Shown piece after piece: positions 37,533 through 47,972 of a stretch of DNA of 57,617 nt. How positions within the stretch are numbered: the stretch's first letter is position 1; the number at the start of each line of letters is the position of its first letter. The stretch is from an uncultured Candidatus Saccharibacteria bacterium (GTDB lineage Bacteria > Patescibacteriota > Minisyncoccia > Phycocordibacterales > DATDWN01). Location: positions 1 to 57,617 of the forward strand of contig CAYXZA010000005.1 of assembly GCA_964469605.1 (NCBI GenBank), given 5' to 3'. The position numbers and the translations under genes were made by a program. Below the pieces are notes generated by a model, which was not told where the DNA came from, did not search any database, and saw nothing but the letters and a program-made list of their open reading frames with translations.

Positions 37533-37712
37533 TTACTTTTTCTTCAAATTGGCCACCACCGTGACGGCGAACCGCGGATCGTGACGGAGAGCATTGAGCC
37601 CCGCCACGACTGCGAGAGGGGCACGCCCCTCGCGAGCCATCATCCTGATGGATTGATTGTTCAGAACCGCCGGGCGACCCGGCGTCGGGTAGACTTGATT
37701 ATTGGTATTCAT
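37533..37712 (-). CDS. Small GC-rich orphan protein (59 aa)
   Basis: Start at MNTNNQ with SD aaggag 10 nt upstream. The longer 108-aa ORF-track version has no SD and runs through hairpin-rich sequence. Confidence 0.55.
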   Translation of the reverse strand: MNTNNQVYPTPGRPAVLNNQSIRMMAREGRAPLAVVAGLNALRHDPRFAVTVVANLKKK

Positions 37713-38327
37713 GATAGATAATCTCCTTTTTCTCCTCGATTTTACCCTCGAGGCGGGTTTGTACTTTAGGGATTTTGCAACCCCTCTTTCCGACACTAAA
37801 CTTATCAATATATACTGTCGGAGAAGAGGAATAACATTGCAGTCTGTGTTTACACACAAATTATTCTACGTTTTCCTTGCCCGTCATAGCTTTACGCGAC
37901 GTCGGACTTAACTTCTCTATTCAATTATCAAAGATCTTCTTATCCTCCTTCCTCTTTTTGATTAGCGAAGACATTCTTGGAAGCAATGACTGGTTTAGTT
38001 CCATTCCTTCCAAACGATGTCCTAACTTGTGGTTAGTATCGGTTGATTTATAGAAATGAACCCACATAAGATGTGCATTAAATTGTTTATTTCTTCCTCT
38101 CTCCTCTTACCACGCTTTCGGCCGTCGGTCACCGTCTGTAATATCTTTCGATAATCCAGAACAGAGATGGAGAACAATTTAATATCTATCTCCTTGTAAA
38201 AAAACCAGGTGGAACGTCTCTTACGAGCTTCCTATAACTCTCTCCTCATTGAGAGAAGTGGAGAGGCGACTTTGTGTAATAATTTAATTCACATCCACAC
38301 TTCTTTTAACAAGATGTTTACAATTGA

Positions 38328-38381
38328 TTTTGAAAACAAAACAGACCATTAGCTCCTTGAGAAGAGCCAATGGTCTGTTTA
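38328..38381 (-). terminator. Intrinsic terminator inside the long untranslated tract
   Basis: acagaccatt/aatggtctgt plus gctc/gagc inner stem (38341-38378), followed on the minus strand by uuuguuuuc. Confidence 0.6.
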
Positions 38382-38520
38382 CAACGTTGGTTGTTTGATG
38401 ACCGAATACTTATACTACATTTATATACAATAGTATATTTCAGAACATCAAGACTCTCTCCTCTAAAAATTGTCTTAATTATGTTGTTATTTAAATGAAC
38501 CTAAACCTTTTTAATCTTAC
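38382..38520 (-). ncRNA. Candidate small RNA (with its terminator ~190 nt in total) from the consensus promoter at 38527-38555
   Basis: Lies between the predicted TSS (about 38520) and the terminator hairpin at 38341-38378. Only a 2-codon ORF. Confidence 0.35.
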
Positions 38521-38526
38521 TCTTTA

Positions 38527-38555
38527 ATTATATCATATTGATATAATAATGTCAA
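38527..38555 (-). promoter_or_regulatory. Consensus sigma70 promoter
   Basis: Minus strand: TTGACA (38555-38550), exactly 17 nt, TATAAT (38532-38527). Confidence 0.7.
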
Positions 38556-38575
38556 GCACTTTTTAACATACTTTT

Positions 38576-38612
38576 AAAGACCTTAAAATTACTTTATAAT
38601 TTTAAGGTCTTT
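38576..38612. terminator. 16-bp perfect hairpin downstream of the HTH gene
   Basis: aaagaccttaaaatta (38576-38591) pairs with taattttaaggtcttt (38597-38612). No clean U-tail. Confidence 0.45.
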
Positions 38613-38717
38613 AAAAACCACCTTTCAAGGATTTTATTTAGGCTACCTAGTGGACAAAGCTAAAACTGAAACAATAAAAACGAAAGCCCAACCAAGGTCG
38701 TGCCTCGCATCGGGTGT

Positions 38718-39155
38718 TTAGTTTTTTATAGATAGAGCCTTTTTAGCTGTTTCAAACAGTAGAACCTCAAACTGTTTCCCATTAAGACAGCGAAGTTGAC
38801 GCAAAAACCCATCGAAAACCAACAACACAAGATAATCATTGAGATTCCTGCAGTCTCCTTTTTGACGAAAACCTTCAATATGTCCATGTAACGGAGTTAT
38901 TTGTTCCAGAGGAAGTACCAACAGATCATCAACCAACTTCTGAACCACTTTCATTCCCGAATGATGTCCAATAAGTAAGTAGAGATTACGAAATACTATT
39001 GGTTCAGGGAATTTCTCATCATTAATCCATTCCTGAATCAATTCCTCTCTTACACCTAAAGCAGTTGCTATTTGACACATGGAAAACACCATTGCCTTAC
39101 AAAATTCATAGACGATTAATTCAATTTCTCGGGAAAAATAACTTCTCATGTCCAC
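38718..39155 (-). CDS. Putative helix-turn-helix DNA-binding protein (145 aa)
   Basis: SMCQIATALGVREELIQEWI looks like an HTH (excisionase/AlpA/MerR-like). The rest is unrecognised. Confidence 0.5.
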   Translation of the reverse strand: MDMRSYFSREIELIVYEFCKAMVFSMCQIATALGVREELIQEWINDEKFPEPIVFRNLYLLIGHHSGMKVVQKLVDDLLVLPLEQITPLHGHIEGFRQKGDCRNLNDYLVLLVFDGFLRQLRCLNGKQFEVLLFETAKKALSIKN

Positions 39156-39442
39156 ACCTTTCTATTTACATTTCTACCATACTCAATTAGTGAATTTAAA
39201 GCATAATAGTTTCTTGCAACAAAAAACTTCCTGTTCAATCTTTTTTGGATGAAATTTTATTTTACACAACCTAGAAAACACTATGGTTAAATTTGTAAAC
39301 TCACTTTATTTACCATGGTTTACTCACCTAACTAGCCTCTAGCAAAACAATATAAGCTCGATTTGTTCCAAATCTAACACAGACAACATAATTTACCTAC
39401 CACTGGTCACACAAAAACTATCTTTTAGTAAAATTTTATCTG

Positions 39443-39516
39443 CGCGGCTGACCGGACTTGAACCGGCGACCTCTCCCGTGACAGGGGAGCATTCTAACCA
39501 GCTGAACTACAGCCGC
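39443..39516 (-). tRNA. tRNA-Asp (anticodon GTC)
   Basis: Acceptor GCGGCTG/CAGCCGC, anticodon stem CTCCC/GGGAG with loop CTGTCAC, T-arm GCCGGTTCAAGTCCGGT. Confidence 0.85.
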
Positions 39517-39615
39517 ATTTTTCATATATTTTTCAAAAGATTATACCTAAAATATTGAAATACAATCTTTGTAACTATTATACACAAAATTGCAGAATTT
39601 CAAAGCAAGAATCCC

Positions 39616-39647
39616 CTCTCCTATACTTTGTGTCGGAGGTGGGGATC
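39616..39647. repeat. 32-bp direct repeat, left copy (partial tRNA-Met 3' end, att-like)
   Basis: ctctcctatactttgtgtcggaggtggggatc is identical to 40805-40836. Confidence 0.9.
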
Positions 39648-39785
39648 TCCCTTGGAAATTTATGGTATAATTTAAATGTTTCCAAATTAGAAAAAAATAG
39701 AGACTAACCTAATCTTTATTTCATTTCCCCTCTAAAAAGAGATAAATTAAATTATAATTCAAAAGTTAATTTTTAATAACTACAC

Positions 39786-40667
39786 ATGTCAAAATATTTA
39801 GTAACAGGAGGAGCTGGTTTTATAGGATCACATTTATGTAAACAACTTTTAAATTTAGGTCATATTGTTATTTCTCTGGATAACTATTTTACTGGTTCTC
39901 GTAAAAATCATATCGATGGAGTTGATTACAGAGAAGGTCACACAAAAAACATATCCAATATAATCAAGGAGGACGTTGATGTAATTTTTCATTTAGGTGA
40001 GTATTCTCGTATAGAAGTGAGTTTCAGCGAAATGGATATAGTTTGGGATTTAAATATAATCGGAACATTCGAAGTTTTAGAATTTTGGCGCAAACAAAAA
40101 TGTAAACTTGTTTATGCAGGATCTTCTACAAAATTTGCAGATAGTGGTCTTGGTAGAGATCAAAGTCCGTATGCATGGACCAAGGCATCAAATACAGATT
40201 TAGTGAAAAATTATGGAGACTGGTTTGGTCTTCAGTTTGCAATTACATACTTTTATAATGTATATGGACCAGGTGAAAGATCGAATAAATACGGGACTGT
40301 TATAGAAATTTTTAAACAGCAATATCTATCAAAGAAACCATTAACTGTTGTTTCCCCAGGAACTCAAAAAAGAATTTTTACTCATATTGATGATATTGTA
40401 AATGGATTAATTATTGTTGGAGAAAAAGGTATTGGAGATGGTTTTGGTTTGGGGGCAGAAAAATCATATTCAATATTGGAGATTGCTAACATGTTTAATA
40501 CAGAATTAAAAATGTTACCAGAGAGAAAAGGTAATAGAAATAATTCCAATTTAGATGTTCAAAAATCTAATTCTCTTGGATGGAAAGCGAAGAATGATAT
40601 TAAAGATTACATTGAAGAAATAGTAACTTATTCCAACACCATTAATCATGCTTCAAAAAAACAATAA
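39786..40667 (+). CDS. NAD-dependent epimerase/dehydratase (UDP-sugar decarboxylase/epimerase-like SDR)
   Basis: GGAGFIGSH Rossmann motif; catalytic YxxxK (SPYAWTKAS). Confidence 0.85.
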   Translation: MSKYLVTGGAGFIGSHLCKQLLNLGHIVISLDNYFTGSRKNHIDGVDYREGHTKNISNIIKEDVDVIFHLGEYSRIEVSFSEMDIVWDLNIIGTFEVLEFWRKQKCKLVYAGSSTKFADSGLGRDQSPYAWTKASNTDLVKNYGDWFGLQFAITYFYNVYGPGERSNKYGTVIEIFKQQYLSKKPLTVVSPGTQKRIFTHIDDIVNGLIIVGEKGIGDGFGLGAEKSYSILEIANMFNTELKMLPERKGNRNNSNLDVQKSNSLGWKAKNDIKDYIEEIVTYSNTINHASKKQ

Positions 40668-40804
40668 AAATACGGAAATTTTAGTTTCGTCAAACATAAA
40701 ATTTCCTGGGCACCAAATTTCCGACAAAGTCTACTGACTTCGTCGTAAAGATTTTCAATAGACCGGAAATCTGTTCGATCCCCACTCGCAAAGCTAATGC
40801 TTTG

Positions 40805-40836
40805 CTCTCCTATACTTTGTGTCGGAGGTGGGGATC
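40805..40836. repeat. 32-bp direct repeat, right copy (overlaps the genuine tRNA-Met 3' end)
   Basis: Identical to 39616-39647. Covers 15 nt of flank plus the last 17 nt of the tRNA. Confidence 0.9.
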
Positions 40837-40892
40837 GAACCCACGACCCCAGGCTTATGAGTCCTGTGCTCTACCAACTGAGCTACCCCGAC
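40820..40892 (-). tRNA. tRNA with CAT anticodon (elongator Met or Ile2)
   Basis: Acceptor GTCGGGG/CTCCGAC, D-arm GCTCAGTTGGTAGAGC, anticodon loop CTCATAA, T-arm GTGGGTTCGATCCCCAC. Confidence 0.8.
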
Positions 40893-40950
40893 AGTAAATT
40901 AAAGATAACATTTTTATTGTCTTTTTTCAAACAAAAAAAGTAGTCAAACT

Positions 40951-41023
40951 TGTTGCGGGGTAAGGATTTGCACCTTAATCTACGGGTTATGAGCCCGTCA
41001 TGCTACTGTTACACAACCCCGCT
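40951..41023 (-). tRNA. tRNA with CAT anticodon, initiator-like, atypical D and T loops
   Basis: Anticodon stem ACGGG/CCCGT has three G-C pairs next to loop CTCATAA. A1xA72 mismatch if the acceptor is AGCGGGG/CCCCGCA. T-loop is TGCAAAT (G where the second T/psi is expected), and the D-loop lacks GG. Confidence 0.6.
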
Positions 41024-41065
41024 ATTTATTTACAATATTAGCACATTATAAAATACAAAACAAAT

Positions 41066-42004
41066 TTATATAAAAGAAAATTCTTTGAAAACTTCTTCAT
41101 ACAAACTTATAACTCTTCTTGCCTCTTTTTGTGTTAAATTAAAATCAGAACCATCATGAGCAATTCGATTTCTAACTTTGTGAGCTTCCCAAGCCAAATC
41201 AATAGTAACGAAATCACTCTTTTCAACAGATTTCAATTTGTCACCAATACTTTCTCCAAATAAATTCATCTTATCTAAAAGCTCTGAGAGCAATATATCT
41301 GCTTCTATAATAGAAAGTCTCCAATCGGCTTGATTGTTTGACTCCAAATGAACCAAGACTTTCTCCCACTTAGGATTTTGATTTATTTTAGCTTTTTCTT
41401 CAATAACAGATGGAAATAAATTTTCTTTAACATTTTCTCTTATCTTAGATAAATTTCTAAATAAATATATAATCCACAAAAGTAAGATTGCAGCCAATAC
41501 AGCAATAGAATACCAAAAGATGTTTAATATTCTATAAAAAGTTAAGATAATTTTAGTGATAATACCGCTGTCTGATTCTATATAAGCAAGATCATCTTCT
41601 TTTACAAAACCATCATAACCTTTTTTAAAATCAACGAAAAACATTTTGTTACCCAAAAAAGATACTGGTCCTTTAATAACTTTCCCAACTGAACCAAAAC
41701 CTTGTTTACCATATCTCGTAACCAAATCATCTCCATAGATAAAAGCTTCTTTTGAAGATACTTTTATATTGGAACCAACAGAGTTCAAAACCGAAGAAAG
41801 TGGTCTTGTATTTTTTAACACAAGATTTTTTTCAGTAAACCCTGAAAGTCCAGATGAAAATGTTCCTGAAAATATTTTATCTATATTTAAAACCTCTAAA
41901 ACAGCATTAAAAACAGATGCTATTAAAAATATAGTGAATAGTAAAGTTACCATTTCAACTAATAGATCTTGTTGTTCCGCTGGTTTTGCTTTATCATCTG
42001 CCAT
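41066..42004 (-). CDS. Membrane-anchored protein with C-terminal DUF4145/HEPN-like domain
   Basis: Two TM segments. C-terminal WRLSIIEADILLSELL...AHKVRNRIAHD contains an Rx4H motif. Confidence 0.6.
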   Translation of the reverse strand: MADDKAKPAEQQDLLVEMVTLLFTIFLIASVFNAVLEVLNIDKIFSGTFSSGLSGFTEKNLVLKNTRPLSSVLNSVGSNIKVSSKEAFIYGDDLVTRYGKQGFGSVGKVIKGPVSFLGNKMFFVDFKKGYDGFVKEDDLAYIESDSGIITKIILTFYRILNIFWYSIAVLAAILLLWIIYLFRNLSKIRENVKENLFPSVIEEKAKINQNPKWEKVLVHLESNNQADWRLSIIEADILLSELLDKMNLFGESIGDKLKSVEKSDFVTIDLAWEAHKVRNRIAHDGSDFNLTQKEARRVISLYEEVFKEFSFI

Positions 42005-42017
42005 CTTAATAGATATA

Positions 42018-43415
42018 TTATAATTCTCCTAAAAATTTTTTACCAATATCAAAAAGTCTATCTTCCGTCCACTTTGGAGACATAAACTGAATCCCAAAAG
42101 GTAAACCATTTTCATTTTTACCAGAAGGTATAGATATTGCAGGGATTTCAGCAATATTTGCAGTGACAGTAAAAATATCAGCCAGATAATCAGACAAAGG
42201 GTCAAGATGTTCGCCGATCTTCCAAGGTAAAGTTGGAGATGTTGGTGTTAATATAACATCAACATTTTCAAAAGCATTTTTCAAATCATTTTTTATCATC
42301 TCTCTTGCTCCAATAGCTTTGCCATAATACGAATCGTAATAACCAGAAGAAAGAACATAAGTTCCCAAAAGAATTCTTCTTTTAACTTCTTTACCGAAAC
42401 CAGCACCTCTTGTTTTAAAATAATCCTCAGACAAGTCATTGCCCTCCATATGGAGTCCATATTTTACACCATCATATCTTGCCATATTAGAAGAAACCTC
42501 TGCTGGCATTATTATATAATAAACAGCCAAAGACTTAGATGCATTTGGTAAATTTATATCAACAATATCAAAACCTAAATCTTTTAACTTTTCAACAGAT
42601 TTATTGAAATCTGATAGAACATCATCAGAAACACCTTCAAGAAGTGAATATGGAATTCCTATTTTTTTTACTTTTTTTAGATCACTTTTACCATCAAATG
42701 AAGTAAGGTCGAGTGGATCTTTACCTTTTATTGCATTGAAAATAATTTCGGTATCAGAAACAGTTTTAGCAATAGGACCAATAACATCAAGAGATGATCC
42801 CATAGCCATAAGACCATTTCTTGAAATAGAGCCGTATGTAGGTTTAAAACCGACCACACCACAAAAAGAAGCTGGTTGACGAACAGACCCTCCTGTATCT
42901 GAACCCAAAGAAGCTAATGCCATATCCGATGCAACAGATACAGCAGAACCACCAGAAGATCCTCCTGAAACACGACTCGTATCATAAGGGTTTTTAGTAA
43001 CACCAAAAGCAGAATTTTCAGTTGAACCACCCATAGCAAACTCATCCATATTTACCCTACCTAAAAAAATAGAGTTTTGATTTTTCAATTTGCTTATAAC
43101 AGTTGCATCATAAGGAGATTTAAAATCTTTTAAAATCATAGATGATGCAGATGCTATATGACCATCTATAAGTATATTGTCTTTTATTGAAAATGGAATT
43201 CCCATCAAAGGAGTCTTTTGACCATCTGATATTTTTTTATCAACCTCTTTTGCTAAATAAAGAGAATCATCAAAAACTTCCAGATAAGCATTTAGATCTT
43301 TATTTTTTTCCTCTATTTTGGAGAGATATGTTGATACCAACTCATAACAAGAAAAATCCTTTTTATAAAAATGATCAATAGTTTTTTTAATTGTTAATTT
43401 AGTTAAATCTATCAT
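42018..43415 (-). CDS. gatA: Glutamyl/aspartyl-tRNA amidotransferase subunit A
   Basis: Amidase signature GGSSGGSAVSVA and SDTGGSVRQPASFCG. Confidence 0.93.
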   Translation of the reverse strand: MIDLTKLTIKKTIDHFYKKDFSCYELVSTYLSKIEEKNKDLNAYLEVFDDSLYLAKEVDKKISDGQKTPLMGIPFSIKDNILIDGHIASASSMILKDFKSPYDATVISKLKNQNSIFLGRVNMDEFAMGGSTENSAFGVTKNPYDTSRVSGGSSGGSAVSVASDMALASLGSDTGGSVRQPASFCGVVGFKPTYGSISRNGLMAMGSSLDVIGPIAKTVSDTEIIFNAIKGKDPLDLTSFDGKSDLKKVKKIGIPYSLLEGVSDDVLSDFNKSVEKLKDLGFDIVDINLPNASKSLAVYYIIMPAEVSSNMARYDGVKYGLHMEGNDLSEDYFKTRGAGFGKEVKRRILLGTYVLSSGYYDSYYGKAIGAREMIKNDLKNAFENVDVILTPTSPTLPWKIGEHLDPLSDYLADIFTVTANIAEIPAISIPSGKNENGLPFGIQFMSPKWTEDRLFDIGKKFLGEL

Positions 43416-43418
43416 AAT

Positions 43419-43700
43419 TTATAATATCTTTTTAACTTTAAAATATCCATTTTCTTTACTTGGAGCAATATCTAAAAGTCTTTGAGTATAATAACCACTT
43501 TCATTTGTTACCACATCTTCTCTGCAAGAGTTAAAATTTTCAAAATTTTTATCACTTGTATTGATTTCTACATCAGACACTTGACCAACATAAGAAAGAA
43601 TTGAGTCTATTTGAGTAAAGGTTTTTTCTAACTCAGATTCAGAAACTTCTATTCTTGACAGTTTAGCGAGTTTTTCTATATCTTTGATTGTTACTTTCAT
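43419..43700 (-). CDS. gatC: Glutamyl/aspartyl-tRNA amidotransferase subunit C
   Basis: 93 aa directly upstream of gatA. IEKLAKLSRIEVSE start is typical of GatC. Confidence 0.85.
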   Translation of the reverse strand: MKVTIKDIEKLAKLSRIEVSESELEKTFTQIDSILSYVGQVSDVEINTSDKNFENFNSCREDVVTNESGYYTQRLLDIAPSKENGYFKVKKIL

Positions 43701-43757
43701 ATTTAAAATACTAGCACAATATTAAGATTTTAAAAATTTGACTATAACGAAAATATG

Positions 43758-46279
<2,522 letters not shown>

Positions 46280-46280
46280 C

Positions 46281-46835
46281 TTATTGCCAATTTCTTATTA
46301 TTTCAGATAAGGTAAAATTTTTTGCCGACCCATCAGGAGCTGTCCAAGTCATAGTTACAGTAACATTTGCCTCTGTTGAAGATATGGATGTTACAGTAAC
46401 AGATCTCTTGTATTTTGTTAAAGTCCAACCAGAATCGTAACCGTATATTTTAGTATAATGCTGTCTTAAAAAAGGACAAGAATTATGATCCGAAGAACAA
46501 GCTGTTATTGTATTACTAATAGTATCTATAACACAACTTCTATTATAACAAGGATCAGAAATAGATGCTGAAATATCTCTAAGCCAGTTTATAGGATTAC
46601 CTGTTGAAATACCTAAAATATTTCTGATAGCATTTTCATCTCTGACATTTTTAACATATTCAATAGCTTCTGATGCTAAAAAAGAAGCAACTATTTTATC
46701 TTCTGAATATTTAGCATTTTTAAGATTGGCGGATATTGCTGTAAATGTAGCAAGTATAGATAAAGAAAGTATTGAAATAGCAACTAACATTTCGACCAAA
46801 GTAAAACCTTTTTGTTTTTTATATTTACTTAACAT
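46281..46835 (-). CDS. Type IV minor pilin (prepilin-type N-terminal cleavage domain)
   Basis: KGFTLVEMLVAISIL class III signal. Confidence 0.75.
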   Translation of the reverse strand: MLSKYKKQKGFTLVEMLVAISILSLSILATFTAISANLKNAKYSEDKIVASFLASEAIEYVKNVRDENAIRNILGISTGNPINWLRDISASISDPCYNRSCVIDTISNTITACSSDHNSCPFLRQHYTKIYGYDSGWTLTKYKRSVTVTSISSTEANVTVTMTWTAPDGSAKNFTLSEIIRNWQ

Positions 46836-46839
46836 AAAT

Positions 46840-47394
46840 TTATATATCTAATTTTCTTTGAGAAACGGAAAATTGTAAACTAAAATCACTTCTAGTTGAA
46901 ATATCGCTTCCAACATAACCATTTACTAATATTATAACCATTGGTTGTAAATAATCAGAACCATAAGGAAGTGACCCTACAACTCTAAAATACAGATCAG
47001 TTATTGTAACTTCATTATTTGATGTTAAGTCCTGATAACCACCCCCATTTACAGATCTTACAATTTTATTATTTGAAATAGTATAAACAATATTTTCGTT
47101 ATTTACTGATTTGAAAGCAAATCCATAAAAACCACTTGGGCAATCAAGAGGTTGATTTAAGTCACCGCTATTACTACACCTATAAGTTGTTCCAAATCTA
47201 ATTTCCCTTGACATAGAATCAATAACATAACTTAGATTATCTAATGCTATTTTTTTATTTTTATTTCTAGTATTAGCATCCAAAACACTTGCCACAGATC
47301 CAGCAACAATCATCATTATGATTACAAATATAGACATTGAGACCATAAGCTCTATCAAAAGAAAACCTTTTTTATTAATTGTATTTTTTTTCAT
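46840..47394 (-). CDS. Type IV minor pilin
   Basis: KGFLLIELMVSMSIF class III signal. Confidence 0.75.
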   Translation of the reverse strand: MKKNTINKKGFLLIELMVSMSIFVIIMMIVAGSVASVLDANTRNKNKKIALDNLSYVIDSMSREIRFGTTYRCSNSGDLNQPLDCPSGFYGFAFKSVNNENIVYTISNNKIVRSVNGGGYQDLTSNNEVTITDLYFRVVGSLPYGSDYLQPMVIILVNGYVGSDISTRSDFSLQFSVSQRKLDI

Positions 47395-47395
47395 A

Positions 47396-47971
47396 TTACT
47401 GCACAGTTATTTTTCCTAGAGAATTTATATTAACCAATTTAGTATCTCCAATAGAATTAGATAAAGTTATTCTTATTTCAAAAGGACCAGAATAAAGTTC
47501 CGTATCAGAAGAATTTGTAACCTTTAAAACAGGTTCAGGATCTGGTCTTAAAAAATTTATATGTGCTTTTGAAATAGATGTGCAGTTTAAAGTAGAACCA
47601 TTGAGTGCACAAATTGATGTGACTTTTACATTGTTTCTAAGAGGTATTTTCTCGACACATTCATTTTGACAACCAACACCACCATTGTATAACCTATTTG
47701 AATTCCTATCCACATAAAGATAAATCGAATCTGATTCATTTGTATTAAAGGCAACCCCGTATGCATAATTAAAATCAGAACCATCACCTTTTACAGACAC
47801 ACCGTAACTCTGAGCCTTCCTAACAATAAGCGAAACCTCTTGGGCAACACTATTTATTGCAACTTTTTCATTTAATGTTTTAGAGTTATAAACTATTACT
47901 GCCATAATCATTGATATGATGGCAACAGACACCATAAGTTCTATCAAAGTTATACCTTTTTGATTAAACAT
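47396..47971 (-). CDS. Type IV minor pilin
   Basis: KGITLIELMVSVAII class III signal. Confidence 0.75.
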   Translation of the reverse strand: MFNQKGITLIELMVSVAIISMIMAVIVYNSKTLNEKVAINSVAQEVSLIVRKAQSYGVSVKGDGSDFNYAYGVAFNTNESDSIYLYVDRNSNRLYNGGVGCQNECVEKIPLRNNVKVTSICALNGSTLNCTSISKAHINFLRPDPEPVLKVTNSSDTELYSGPFEIRITLSNSIGDTKLVNINSLGKITVQ

Positions 47972-47972
47972 A

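Noticed and set aside
37533-37859. 108-aa version of the ORF given in the ORF track
   Set aside because: The upstream 49 codons have no SD, begin in hairpin-rich leader sequence and translate to junk-like sequence. An internal ATG at 37712 has a good SD, so only the 59-aa version is annotated.
32322-38465. 12-nt inverted match tagaggagagag (32322-32333) / ctctctcctcta (38454-38465) as possible terminal inverted repeats of the island
   Set aside because: The motif is a low-complexity purine run that occurs three times near the right end. There is no extended similarity beyond 12 nt and no target-site duplication, so the evidence is insufficient to call TIRs.
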